A stretch of 64,000 nt of DNA from an uncultured virus (IMG/VR IMGVR_UViG_3300042894_007218) (Duplodnaviria > Heunggongvirae > Uroviricota > Caudoviricetes), in the IMG/VR virus record IMGVR_UViG_3300042894_007218. The stretch is one strand, 5' to 3'. The position numbers and the translations under genes are program-made. The notes beneath the pieces are model-generated. The model was not told the origin of the DNA, made no database searches, and saw only the letters and a list, made by a program, of their open reading frames with translations. Numbering within the stretch: the stretch's first letter is position 1; each line of letters begins with the position of its first letter. Below are positions 28,179-38,197 of the stretch, in pieces.

Positions 28179-28639
28179 TGTTTGGTATAATATTTTGTTT
28201 TTCTCCGTTAATTCTATTATGTTATCATCTTTATTTGATAAAGAAACGGACTTCTTTGAGTTGGCGCATAAAAAAAGGTGAAATTTGTTACCATTGTAAA
28301 GAAAGTCTTAATTTATCTAATGACATAATGATAAAAAGATTACTTGATCCAAAAGATTATTCTCAACTTTGTGTTTCTTGTAATAGAGATAGAAAAATTC
28401 AACAAATTAAAAGACCTTACACAAAATGGAAATTTAATTTTCTAAATTTTTTAATAAGTGATAAATTTTCAAAATTAAATATAATCTTTATAGTATCAAT
28501 CGCTTTATTTATAGTAGGTGATGTTATTTTAAATTTTACAGGATCTAAAATAAGATTATGGTCAATCTATGGCACAATGAATTTTATATTATACTTTGTA
28601 ACCATCTATAGAACAATTTATACAACTCAAAAAAAATAA
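28178..28639 (+). CDS. Membrane protein with CxxC...CxxC
   Basis: Hydrophobic helices, CYHC/CVSC. Confidence 0.6.
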   Translation: MFGIIFCFSPLILLCYHLYLIKKRTSLSWRIKKGEICYHCKESLNLSNDIMIKRLLDPKDYSQLCVSCNRDRKIQQIKRPYTKWKFNFLNFLISDKFSKLNIIFIVSIALFIVGDVILNFTGSKIRLWSIYGTMNFILYFVTIYRTIYTTQKK

Positions 28640-28668
28640 ACAATATCTTTTTTTTTGATAAAAATAAA

Positions 28669-29778
28669 ATGATAGCTAAGAATCGTTGGGGTCGATATTC
28701 AATACCAGAAGAAATTTCATATACCTATACTGCTCAATTTATATTAGATGGTGGTGTTCACGAAGACACCACAATTGAATACTTAAAATCAATCGGTGGT
28801 AATATAATTCACGCTGGTGCTGGATTTGGTGATTTTCTACCTGCTCTAAAAGACTGTGATAAAGTTTTCACATTTGAGCCGAATGAACTTATGCATCAGA
28901 GTTGTTTAGAAACTATTTCATTAAATGATGTAGAAAATGTTGAGTTATTTCCTTATGCGATTGGTAAATTCGATGGTACATCTAAACTAAAACATATAGA
29001 TGAAATGGGTCAAGAAATGGGTCCGAGAAGTGAAATGTCTGATATTGGTAAAGAAGTCAAAATAGTTAAACTAGATTCTATAATACCAAAAGATTGTAAA
29101 ATATCACTAATGCATTTAGATTTAGAAGGATTTGAATTCGATGCTCTTTTAGGAGCTAAAGAAATTATTGAAAGAGATAAGCCAATAATTGTATTAGAAA
29201 TAGATAGTAGAGCTGTGACCTACAATAATTTTATGCAATCGATAAATTATTTTCCACATAAACAACTTGTATTCAATTCAAACGAAAGAATGTTGTTTGT
29301 AAATACTGTTTATCTACACAAAGACAAAAAAGAGGTTGATAAAGATTATTGGGCGTCTGATTTACCACGTCCTTTATCACCAAGTGATAGTGATGTCAAA
29401 ACTTATAAAAGATTTATGGAAAGTGGTAGAACACTAATGCTTGGTTGTACAAAAAAACTAATTCCTTTAAGTGATATTCAAATGGATATAGAACCTTGGT
29501 ATCATTCGAATACTGTCATTAAAGATAACTGGTTGAATAATGATACTTTTTATGAAAATATAATTGGTGATGGTGTTCTTTCATTTACTAAAGAGTTGGC
29601 TGATGATTTAATTGATATGGCTTCAAAAAATTGTAAAGTGTTTATCGCAAGAACTTTCACAAAAAAATTACCTACTATGAGAGTGGCTGATAATTTTCCA
29701 CAACCTCAAAACTTTAAAATCAAACCTACGATTACTGTAACAAAAAAAGATTATTCTTTTTACATATGGCAGTTTTAA
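28669..29778 (+). CDS. FkbM-family methyltransferase fused to a second domain
   Basis: HAGAGFG, FEPN, LDLEGFE. Confidence 0.75.
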   Translation: MIAKNRWGRYSIPEEISYTYTAQFILDGGVHEDTTIEYLKSIGGNIIHAGAGFGDFLPALKDCDKVFTFEPNELMHQSCLETISLNDVENVELFPYAIGKFDGTSKLKHIDEMGQEMGPRSEMSDIGKEVKIVKLDSIIPKDCKISLMHLDLEGFEFDALLGAKEIIERDKPIIVLEIDSRAVTYNNFMQSINYFPHKQLVFNSNERMLFVNTVYLHKDKKEVDKDYWASDLPRPLSPSDSDVKTYKRFMESGRTLMLGCTKKLIPLSDIQMDIEPWYHSNTVIKDNWLNNDTFYENIIGDGVLSFTKELADDLIDMASKNCKVFIARTFTKKLPTMRVADNFPQPQNFKIKPTITVTKKDYSFYIWQF

Positions 29779-30806
29779 CGCAACAAGAAATATTTAATGA
29801 AGCTAAAGATTTATTAAATCAAATTGAATTATCTCAGTGGAATCATAATGTTGACTTTAGTTTAGTTTCTCAATTCAAAATTATGTCAAGAGAAGATTTA
29901 AGAAATCTTGATATGAGTATCAATATTGGTTTTTCTAAAACATCTGGTTCAACAGGTGAGCCGGTAACAGTTGGTAAATCTTACCGAGATTATATCTGGT
30001 ACATTGCTGCTACCGTTAGAGAATATAGATGGTTAAAATGGGATGTAACTAAAAATATCGCAATTATAAAAGCAGGTAATGAAAATAAAGAATTTGATAA
30101 TTGGGGTATACCTTTTATAATTGAGCCTAAACAGGGAAAAACATTTACAAATAATCTTTTACCAATTTCTGAATTACAAAAGTGGTTAGAAGAAAAAAAT
30201 CCACATTACATACATTGTTTACCATCAGTTTTAAAACAAATAGACACATCTAAAATTTCAAACTTTATTGATTGGAAAGGAACCGGTGAGGTTGGTGGAA
30301 AATCATATTCAAGTGAAGAGTGTGGAATAATAGCTCTTAGTTGTCCAGATAATCCTAATGTTTATCACGTTATGGAAAATCAAATAGTCGAAGTAGACAG
30401 CGATGGTCATTTAATTATTACCACAAAGAGCAATAGATTTATTAGAAGATATAAACATGGTGACCATATTGAACTTGGTGAATGTGACTGTGGTCGAACT
30501 TTACAGACAATAAAAAAAATAAATGGTCGTGTTAGAAATATGATGGTGTTACCAAACGGTGATAAAAAATGGCCTCAGATTGGCTCTTTAGAGTATCAAT
30601 CATTTGGTATTAAAAGGTTTAAAATGATTCAGATAGAAATTGATAAATTTGAATTGTGTATTATTTGTGAACCACTTTATAGTAAAGAATTAGAATTGAT
30701 AAAAGTTGTACAAAGACAAATAGGAAGACCAGTCGATGTTGTTATTCGATATGTAGATGATTTTCCGAATTATAAATTCGAAGAATTTGTGTGTAATATA
30801 AAATAA
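29766..30806 (+). CDS. Phenylacetate-CoA ligase-like (ANL adenylating) enzyme
   Basis: KTSGSTGEP, YSSEECG, RYKHGD, CDCGR, GRVRN. Confidence 0.8.
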   Translation: MAVLTQQEIFNEAKDLLNQIELSQWNHNVDFSLVSQFKIMSREDLRNLDMSINIGFSKTSGSTGEPVTVGKSYRDYIWYIAATVREYRWLKWDVTKNIAIIKAGNENKEFDNWGIPFIIEPKQGKTFTNNLLPISELQKWLEEKNPHYIHCLPSVLKQIDTSKISNFIDWKGTGEVGGKSYSSEECGIIALSCPDNPNVYHVMENQIVEVDSDGHLIITTKSNRFIRRYKHGDHIELGECDCGRTLQTIKKINGRVRNMMVLPNGDKKWPQIGSLEYQSFGIKRFKMIQIEIDKFELCIICEPLYSKELELIKVVQRQIGRPVDVVIRYVDDFPNYKFEEFVCNIK

Positions 30807-30836
30807 AAAATCCTTAGATTTCTCTAAGGATTTTTT
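30805..30836. terminator. Bidirectional terminator
   Basis: AAAAAATCCTTAGA-ttc-TCTAAGGATTTTTT. Confidence 0.75.
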
Positions 30837-30871
30837 GAATAGGGTCCGAATTACTTCCGGCTTCCACCACC

Positions 30872-31090
30872 TTATTTTTCTAAACAAGGAAAATTTTTTT
30901 GTTGGATATAATCAATTATACCTCGGATAAAAAGTTCTTTTATTACCGACTCACAAGTATAAGTTTTATCGTAGTAGAACTCAATGTTATCTCTAACATT
31001 ATCTAATCCCACTTTATAGAGTGTTTCTATTGGAAAGTTTTCTATTTCTATATCTCTTTCTAATAATAATTCTTTTAACTTGTGTCTCAT
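30872..31090 (-). CDS. Hypothetical protein
   Basis: 72 aa ORF in the uvsX operon. Confidence 0.55.
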   Translation of the reverse strand: MRHKLKELLLERDIEIENFPIETLYKVGLDNVRDNIEFYYDKTYTCESVIKELFIRGIIDYIQQKNFPCLEK

Positions 31091-31101
31091 ATATAATCAA
31101 A

Positions 31102-31269
31102 TTACTTTTTTGCCTCTTCAACAGATGCGTTTCTGTAAGGAGTAACCAATTTCTTAATCTCACCTAAAGCTTTACGCGCTCTTGTATCAGAAACTTTGCT
31201 TGTTGCGTTGTGGTTTGCTTCGAATTCTGCCCACAAAGCCTTCAATTGTTCAAAAACTTCTTGTTTCAT
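31102..31269 (-). CDS. Hc1-like small histone-like protein (not in ORF track)
   Basis: MKQEVFEQLKALWAEFEANHNATSKVSDTRARKALGEIKKLVTPYRNASVEEAKK. Confidence 0.75.
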   Translation of the reverse strand: MKQEVFEQLKALWAEFEANHNATSKVSDTRARKALGEIKKLVTPYRNASVEEAKK

Positions 31270-31324
31270 TTTGCTTTATTTTATTTTTTAGAGTTAAAGT
31301 ACTCTTGAACTTTTATTATATATC

Positions 31325-32548
31325 TTATCCAAAGATGTCATCTGCATCAGATGCATCTGTAAATCCATTTGTATCATCTTCATCACCCATCATTTCATTG
31401 AATTGTTTTTCAACTTCTTCAATTTCATCTAATGATTTGAATCTGAAATAATCATTTACAATTGGTGCCATTTTTTCTAACACTTCTTGAGTAAATACTT
31501 CTTGAGTAAATAATTGTTTTGTTGTAACTGATTTACCTAAGTGAGATATAAACCATCTGTTACCACCTGGGTTGAAAGTAATTTCACCTGTTTTCTTATC
31601 AACTTCTTCTTTACCTTTAGCGATTCCAATTTGTTCAAAGTATTCAGGACGACAAAATGCGTCAAGTCCAGTGTAAGGATTCATACCGTGAGCAAATGAG
31701 ATATCAAATCTGATTTTCTTAGGTTTTGCTAAACGATTTTTAGCTGTTTTGAAAAGAACTGAAATACCTGATTGACCTAAATCCATATCATCTTCTTCGC
31801 CGGTTTTCAATTTCGATTTGCTCATAAATCCGATTACTGATGCTGAATAAAGTAATCCATTACCACCACGAAGTTTCTCAGCGGGAAATAAATCCATTGT
31901 CATGTAAGTGTGGTTTGCAACTAAAAATGGAATATCTAAATATCCTAAGTCTGTATTGATTGAACGGAACATAGAACCTAATGCTTTAGCTTTAGTCATA
32001 TCTTGTTTGATATCACCTTTTAATAAGTCAGCCTTTTCTTTGTTAGAAGCCATTTGACCTAATGAATCTAAAACTATCATTATCTTTGGTAATTCATAAC
32101 CAGCAATTTTTTGCTCTTTCAAGTCGTCTATTAACTGTGTTAATAAGATATTAACATCTTCAACTTTATTTGATCTGATAAGTCTGAACTTTTCTAATGA
32201 ATTGTCAATTCCAAATTTTGGTAAATCTTCCAAGTCAATTGCTTGTTCGGTATCGATATAGATAATAGAATATCCAACTTTTTGAGCTTGTTTAGCACAA
32301 GAGTAACATAAAAATGATTTACCAGCTCCTGATTCACCAGCAAACGCTGTAATTCTATTTGTTGCCACACCACCTCCTAATAATTTTCCCGAAAGTGCAG
32401 CATCCAACAAATAAACTCCCGTTGTAATGAATTGTTTTTCTTTAATTTCTTTTTCTATTTGTATCGGAATATTTTTTGATATGTTATCAAGTATACTTCC
32501 AACTTTACTAAATTCGAATTTTTTAACTTCTTTTGTTTGTTTTGCCAT
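31325..32548 (-). CDS. uvsX: UvsX/RecA-like recombinase
   Basis: GESGAGKS, YIDTE, VLDSLG, DMTKAK, NHTY. Confidence 0.92.
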   Translation of the reverse strand: MAKQTKEVKKFEFSKVGSILDNISKNIPIQIEKEIKEKQFITTGVYLLDAALSGKLLGGGVATNRITAFAGESGAGKSFLCYSCAKQAQKVGYSIIYIDTEQAIDLEDLPKFGIDNSLEKFRLIRSNKVEDVNILLTQLIDDLKEQKIAGYELPKIMIVLDSLGQMASNKEKADLLKGDIKQDMTKAKALGSMFRSINTDLGYLDIPFLVANHTYMTMDLFPAEKLRGGNGLLYSASVIGFMSKSKLKTGEEDDMDLGQSGISVLFKTAKNRLAKPKKIRFDISFAHGMNPYTGLDAFCRPEYFEQIGIAKGKEEVDKKTGEITFNPGGNRWFISHLGKSVTTKQLFTQEVFTQEVLEKMAPIVNDYFRFKSLDEIEEVEKQFNEMMGDEDDTNGFTDASDADDIFG

Positions 32549-32662
32549 AATAAAATTATTTTTTATACTTTATATATAAAAATAAAAGCCTCCCCTTAGA
32601 CATTTTTTAAGAAATTTCACAACATTTGTATAACAGGGGGTCTGAAAAATTATATATAGTAT

Positions 32663-33730
32663 ATGAAAAAGTCTAAATTTTTAGAAAAAGCCAGGGAAAA
32701 GCATGGATATAAATATCAATATCCAGACTTGCCGGAAGTTGTTATGCAAAATGATTATATTAATGTTTTATATAATGGTGTTATTTATAGACAAAAAGTA
32801 TTAAAACATTTTAAAGGCAATAGACCAGAGTTGAAAACTGTAAATAAAACCACAGAAGAGTTTATTAAAGAGTCTATTAGTATTTGGGGTGATAAATATG
32901 ACTATTCTATGCTTGAATATAAAAATGCAAGAACAAAAGTTAAAATAATATATGATGGTATAATATATGAACAATATCCAAATTCACATCTAAACGCATA
33001 TCCGGTTGAAGGTTATTTAGATCAAAATGTTTTTATACAAAAGGCTATTAAAAAATGGGGTGATAAGTATGATTACTCACTTGTTAAATTTGAAAATGCT
33101 AATACAAAGGTTGAAATATTATTTAATGGTGATTCATATTATCAAACACCTCACAACCATCTAAAATACGCACCAGAAAAAAGACTATTTAAAAAAACAA
33201 CTGATCAGTTTATTCAGGAATCTATAAAAATACATGGTGATTTTAGGTATTTATATGATAAAGTTATATATAATAACGATAGAGAAAAAGTAGTAATTAT
33301 TTGCCCAATACATGGAGATTTTACTCAAAGACCCAATCAACATCTAAGAGGTGCTGGTTGTTCTAATTGTAATGAATCAAGAGGTGAAAAGGAAATTTCT
33401 AAATTTCTAGATAAATATGATATAAATTATTATAGACAATATAGGTTTAATGATTGTAGAGGTGTTAAATATCCACTACCATTTGATTTCTATATTCCTT
33501 CTACACGGACTTGTATAGAATTTGATGGTGAGCAGCATTTTCTACCTTTATCTTTCTTTGGTGGTCAAGAAGCTCTGGAGAAACTTAAAATCAATGATAA
33601 AATTAAAAATGATTATTGTGAAGATAATTATATCAATCTAATAAGAATACGATATAATCAAATAGATGATATTTGGAGAATATTATATGAAAATTTAAAA
33701 AACTATATAAAAACAAAAAAGACCAGTTAA
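32663..33730 (+). CDS. Putative homing endonuclease: repeated FI..(H/W)GDKYDYS modules plus PD-(D/E)xK/Vsr-like nuclease
   Basis: Three to four repeats, CPIHG..GC..C, PFDFYIP, IEFDGEQHF. Confidence 0.8.
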   Translation: MKKSKFLEKAREKHGYKYQYPDLPEVVMQNDYINVLYNGVIYRQKVLKHFKGNRPELKTVNKTTEEFIKESISIWGDKYDYSMLEYKNARTKVKIIYDGIIYEQYPNSHLNAYPVEGYLDQNVFIQKAIKKWGDKYDYSLVKFENANTKVEILFNGDSYYQTPHNHLKYAPEKRLFKKTTDQFIQESIKIHGDFRYLYDKVIYNNDREKVVIICPIHGDFTQRPNQHLRGAGCSNCNESRGEKEISKFLDKYDINYYRQYRFNDCRGVKYPLPFDFYIPSTRTCIEFDGEQHFLPLSFFGGQEALEKLKINDKIKNDYCEDNYINLIRIRYNQIDDIWRILYENLKNYIKTKKTS

Positions 33731-33743
33731 ACTGGTCTTTCAA

Positions 33744-34268
33744 TTATTTTCCTGGTATTTCCAAATACTGATCTAGTAACTCTTTTGTTTCTTCGTCATT
33801 CTCATCAAAAAGAACTTCACCATTTTTAAGAGTGATTTTATTTTTAGTGATTAACTCTTGAAGAGCTGGTTCTTGTGAAAAAAGATTCATTTCATCTTCT
33901 GAAACATGAACACTTTTTGAGTGTGATTCTTTAACGAAGTTTGAGAATCTCTCGACTTTCATTCCCTCTTCTGATTTTTCAGGATTAGCTTTTAGTATTC
34001 TAATTACACCTTCTAATTCATCGGTGTCAATAAAATGAGAGGCATCAACTTTAGTTCCTTCTAGTTCTTGAGAAATCACATCAACCGCATTTGATAAGAT
34101 TTCCATAACTTGTGGATCAGAACACTCATCATGTAAATCCATTACGGTTCCACCGTTTAATTTTGAGCTTAGTCTTTGTCCAGATTTTACTAAACTTAAG
34201 ATTGTTTCTAAAGTTTCGACTACTGGTTTATTATCTTCAAAATTTTCAAATAATTTTAAGTATTTCAT
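33744..34268 (-). CDS. Putative head-internal protein
   Basis: MKYLKLFENF plus internal MKVERFSNFVKE. Confidence 0.6.
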   Translation of the reverse strand: MKYLKLFENFEDNKPVVETLETILSLVKSGQRLSSKLNGGTVMDLHDECSDPQVMEILSNAVDVISQELEGTKVDASHFIDTDELEGVIRILKANPEKSEEGMKVERFSNFVKESHSKSVHVSEDEMNLFSQEPALQELITKNKITLKNGEVLFDENDEETKELLDQYLEIPGK

Positions 34269-34333
34269 AAATTATATATTAATTCTTTAAACTATATATT
34301 TGTTATTTATTTAGTTATTGTTATATTTGCATT

Positions 34334-34933
34334 ATGAATATATGGTTTACATCAGACACTCACTATGGACATACAAATATAGCGGGATCCGAAGTATCTC
34401 GATGGAGTCGAGGATATAGAGATTTTAAAAATGTCCACTTAATGAACCAAGCTTTGGTTGATGGTATTAACAAATATGTAAAAGAAGATGATATACTATA
34501 TCATTTAGGAGATTGGAGTTTTGGAGGTATTCATAACATCAAATTATTTAGAGATTCTATAATCTGTCAAAACATTCACCTTATTTTAGGAAATCACGAT
34601 GAACATATAGTAGATAAAGAAGTTAAATTTCACGATTCTTCATTCAATCCAGTTCAACTATTTTCATCTGTTCAAGATGTTTTGCATTTAGAATTAGGAA
34701 AAACAAGATTATTTCTTTCGCACTATTCTCATCGAGTTTGGAATGGTAGTCACAGGGGTGTAATTCACCTATATGGACATAGCCACGGAACAATCGAAGA
34801 TTGGGGTCGTTCTATGGATATTGGAGTAGATGTTGCTTATAGAATGTTCGGAGAATACCGACCGTTTAACATAGCAGATATTACAAGAATTATGGAATCG
34901 AGAGAAACACACAAAATCGACCAACATAATTAA
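34334..34933 (+). CDS. Calcineurin-like metallophosphoesterase
   Basis: SDTHYGH, LGD, GNHD, GHSH; TATATTTG promoter at 34322. Confidence 0.88.
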   Translation: MNIWFTSDTHYGHTNIAGSEVSRWSRGYRDFKNVHLMNQALVDGINKYVKEDDILYHLGDWSFGGIHNIKLFRDSIICQNIHLILGNHDEHIVDKEVKFHDSSFNPVQLFSSVQDVLHLELGKTRLFLSHYSHRVWNGSHRGVIHLYGHSHGTIEDWGRSMDIGVDVAYRMFGEYRPFNIADITRIMESRETHKIDQHN

Positions 34934-34946
34934 AACATGTATCATC

Positions 34947-35123
34947 ATGAATAAACTTAAACTTAAATTATTTGCGTTAAAGGTAGAATTGAACTCGGCT
35001 TTTGGTGTTCAAAAAAATAAGAGTCTTAATGATGAACTTATTCAGGAACTTGTTGATACTAAGTCTAAGTTTTTTAAGATACAAAAACGAGTTTTAAAAA
35101 TTAAAAGACTATATGAGTTATAA
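34947..35123 (+). CDS. 58 aa mini-protein with a PolB motif-B-like segment (not in ORF track)
   Basis: MNKLKLKLFALKVELNSAFGVQKNKSLNDELIQELVDTKSKFFKIQKRVLKIKRLYEL. Confidence 0.6.
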   Translation: MNKLKLKLFALKVELNSAFGVQKNKSLNDELIQELVDTKSKFFKIQKRVLKIKRLYEL

Positions 35124-35466
35124 AAGAGTAATACAATTAAAAGGATTAAAAGATAAGGTTTCTAAAAGATATTTTATCACTATAAAATTTTATCACAAAG
35201 CTAAGTTTCTTTTTGAAGAAAAATTTGATATTCATGATATGGTAATTGATAATGGTTGGAAAAGTATTTCATCTGCTGAGACGATGATTATTTTCCCATC
35301 ACTTTTTGATATCTATACTGGAAAATATCCTCTTCCAAGTAAAGGTTTTGATATGAATAGTCTCGACCACTGGCTAGTAAAAGAAGAATGGGGTTATTCA
35401 ATTTGTTTAAAAGATGAAGATTTGGCTAAATTAAGAAACTTCAGAATTGAAAATTTAGGACTATGA
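35113..35466 (+). CDS. Hypothetical protein
   Basis: 117 aa, ends LRNFRIENLGL. Confidence 0.6.
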   Translation: MSYKRVIQLKGLKDKVSKRYFITIKFYHKAKFLFEEKFDIHDMVIDNGWKSISSAETMIIFPSLFDIYTGKYPLPSKGFDMNSLDHWLVKEEWGYSICLKDEDLAKLRNFRIENLGL

Positions 35467-36335
35467 GAGACATAAGAACATTTGTAAAATTATTTGATTT
35501 AAATATTCCGGATTATGAACATTTTGATTATTACATTTATCAGTATTCAAAATTAGAACGATGGAAGGACATTTATTCTATGATTGATTTATATACTGAT
35601 TTTGAAAATATAGTTAGTGATCCTTTTCAATATAAAATTGATAAGTCAAATCAAATTATCGAGTTCATAGAAAATACAAGAACTTATAATGAGCTAAATG
35701 ATGATAATTTAATTCCGGATTTACCGTTCACAAAAAAATTTGAATATTCTGAAGATAAAAAATATCTATCAATTGATTTAAACTTAGCTAACTGGCAAGT
35801 ATTAAAAAAATACGATCCTGAATTCTTAAATGAATTGGGTAATAGTTGGATAGAGTTGCTTCAAAAATTTGATGTCCATCGGGTTTTTTGGCATTCAAAA
35901 CAATTTAGACAATTTATTTTTGGTCACTTAAATCCAAAAAAACAAACAAAGGCACAAAGAGCCATTGTAGAGGATTTAATAAAAACTATATCACAGTTTT
36001 CTGACATCAAAGTAATTTGTACTAAACCAGATGAAGTAATTTATGAATTTGATGAATTTTCAAAAATAAAGAAAGTCGTTGATAGTATCGATGCTAATAT
36101 CTTTAAATATAAAATTTACACAATTAAAAGATGCGATGATTTTAGAATTAATAGTTTTATTGATATTAATGGCAATCACTTACATAAAGAACTTTCTAGT
36201 TGTAATGGGAATAAATATTTCATATATTTGAAAAAATATATATTTGAAGAAAAACTTGATATTAGAGATTTGTATTTTAGAATTGATGGTGATTTGGCTA
36301 TTTGGAATGTAAGTGGATTGAAATTAGAATTATGA
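35463..36335 (+). CDS. Hypothetical protein
   Basis: 290 aa ORF; YLSIDL..AN motif of unclear function. Confidence 0.65.
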   Translation: MRDIRTFVKLFDLNIPDYEHFDYYIYQYSKLERWKDIYSMIDLYTDFENIVSDPFQYKIDKSNQIIEFIENTRTYNELNDDNLIPDLPFTKKFEYSEDKKYLSIDLNLANWQVLKKYDPEFLNELGNSWIELLQKFDVHRVFWHSKQFRQFIFGHLNPKKQTKAQRAIVEDLIKTISQFSDIKVICTKPDEVIYEFDEFSKIKKVVDSIDANIFKYKIYTIKRCDDFRINSFIDINGNHLHKELSSCNGNKYFIYLKKYIFEEKLDIRDLYFRIDGDLAIWNVSGLKLEL

Positions 36336-36589
36336 CAGAAGTAAATATTTATTTAGAAAACAAACAAAGTAAACTTAAAACATATTTTTTTGAGGAACTA
36401 GTGACAAATATTGATGATGCAAGAATGTTACTATGTAAATATGTAAATTCTTTTTATCTTAATTCAAAATATAGAATTACCGTATCCAATACTTATGTTG
36501 ATGGTGCTAAAATTTTCGAAATAAGTATGATACTTGATAAAAACACTGAACTAAATAGAGAGTTTCTACTAAAAGAATTATTAAAATGA
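36332..36589 (+). CDS. Hypothetical protein
   Basis: ATG at 36332 overlapping the previous stop; ends NREFLLKELLK. Confidence 0.55.
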   Translation: MTEVNIYLENKQSKLKTYFFEELVTNIDDARMLLCKYVNSFYLNSKYRITVSNTYVDGAKIFEISMILDKNTELNREFLLKELLK

Positions 36590-37203
36590 TTGATATTTTT
36601 GACAATAAACCTTTAGACCTAAACAATATAGTCTGTCACTCAGGTGGAGCAGTTGGCTCTGATTCTGAATGGGAGAATATTGGTAAAGAATTTGGTGTCA
36701 AAACAAAAGCATATTCCTATAAAACAGCATATCATGTCTCTGAAAATAAAGTAGAGATTTCTGATGATGATTATAAAGAAGGTATAGAAGAAATCAATAA
36801 AGCAAATAAGTGGCTTAATCGATATGGTATTCATAAATATATGAATTTACTTGCTAGAAACTGGGCACAGGTAAAATATTCAGACCAGGTAATAGCTATA
36901 GGAATAATAGTAAGAAAAGGTGAAAAAAGTCCAAAAGGGTATCCTAATAAAGGTAAATTTGACATGGTTGATGGTGGAACTGGGTATGCTTGTCAAATGG
37001 CAATTAATCATGAAAAAGAAATATATGTTTTTGACCAATTAAAAGATAAATGGTTTAGATGGTCGTACTCTTCACTTTGTTATGTTGAATGTCAATGTCC
37101 TAAAATTTCTTATCAAAATTTTGCCGGTATTGGAACTCGTGAAATAAAACCAAATGGTATACAAGCAATACGCAACGTTTACAACAAAACTTTCTTAAAA
37201 TAG
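36586..37203 (+). CDS. SLOG/DprA-like nucleotide-binding protein
   Basis: HSGGAVGSD, ARN, GGTG, FAGIGTR. Confidence 0.6.
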   Translation: MIDIFDNKPLDLNNIVCHSGGAVGSDSEWENIGKEFGVKTKAYSYKTAYHVSENKVEISDDDYKEGIEEINKANKWLNRYGIHKYMNLLARNWAQVKYSDQVIAIGIIVRKGEKSPKGYPNKGKFDMVDGGTGYACQMAINHEKEIYVFDQLKDKWFRWSYSSLCYVECQCPKISYQNFAGIGTREIKPNGIQAIRNVYNKTFLK

Positions 37204-37228
37204 TATTCTTAATTTAATATATGATATT

Positions 37229-37789
37229 ATGAGAGAACGACTCATAAATATCATTCGATATTCTCAAACAGTGATTGCAGTTATATTATTCTTTGCTGTT
37301 TTTGCTCTTTGTTGGTGGCAAACTGGTTTTCATTTGTCAGAAATACAACTATCGGATTGGGGCAAATCGGGTCTTATAGGATATCTTTGGAACACTGTTA
37401 TCTGTGGGTTAGGTATATCAACATTTATAAATTCTATTTTTTATATAAGAAAATCAAATCGTATAAAAACTAAGTGGTTATCTTACACTATGTTTAGTTT
37501 TGTTTCGTTAGCTCTTTTTTGTACTGGTTTTTTTAATCTACATTGGGGTATTATACATATTTGGTCAGCGTGGATTTATTTCTTTGTTTACCCACTTGTT
37601 ATTTTTATTCATAGTCACTTAAATAGAAAAGTATTACATTATAAAGACTGGCGTGATGGTATTTTGATTTCTATAGGTATGATAGTTTTACCTCTTCTTA
37701 CTTTAAATTTATTTTTTGGTGTTGCAATTCCTGAAACAATACACATTATTTTTGTTATAATATGGAACCTTAAAATTGCGTTTAAATAA
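37229..37789 (+). CDS. Multi-pass membrane protein (DUF998-like)
   Basis: About six hydrophobic helices, LSDWG, IH. Confidence 0.6.
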   Translation: MRERLINIIRYSQTVIAVILFFAVFALCWWQTGFHLSEIQLSDWGKSGLIGYLWNTVICGLGISTFINSIFYIRKSNRIKTKWLSYTMFSFVSLALFCTGFFNLHWGIIHIWSAWIYFFVYPLVIFIHSHLNRKVLHYKDWRDGILISIGMIVLPLLTLNLFFGVAIPETIHIIFVIIWNLKIAFK

Positions 37790-38178
37790 TGTTTCTATAC
37801 AAATTAAAAAAAGTACTAAAAGAAAAACGAGTCGATTTGTGGAAGACATCATTTAGCTTTTCACTCATCGTATCATTTTATCCACTTTTCGTAATGGCTT
37901 TTATCTTTAATGATGATTTTTCAATATCTGATAAAAAACAAATGGCAATTACATCCGCAATATTAACTATCCTAAATTTTACAATAATTTATTTTGTTGA
38001 CTATTTTTTTAAGTATAATATTATTTTTTGTATTTTATCAGGTCAGACTTTTTGTTTTTTTGTTTTTTTTATACCTATCTTTATCTTTGCGGTATATCAA
38101 GAGATTATCGACTTGAAATTAGATAAATCAGAGATTAGGGAAGCCAAATTAAATAAAGTTTTTAGAAAATTGTTCTAA
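37789..38178 (+). CDS. Membrane protein
   Basis: Three hydrophobic segments; ends IREAKLNKVFRKLF. Confidence 0.6.
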   Translation: MFLYKLKKVLKEKRVDLWKTSFSFSLIVSFYPLFVMAFIFNDDFSISDKKQMAITSAILTILNFTIIYFVDYFFKYNIIFCILSGQTFCFFVFFIPIFIFAVYQEIIDLKLDKSEIREAKLNKVFRKLF

Positions 38179-38197
38179 ATTTTAATATATACTTTCT

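Noticed and set aside
31182..31451. 89 aa plus-strand ORF
   Set aside because: Antisense shadow of uvsX and the Hc1-like gene
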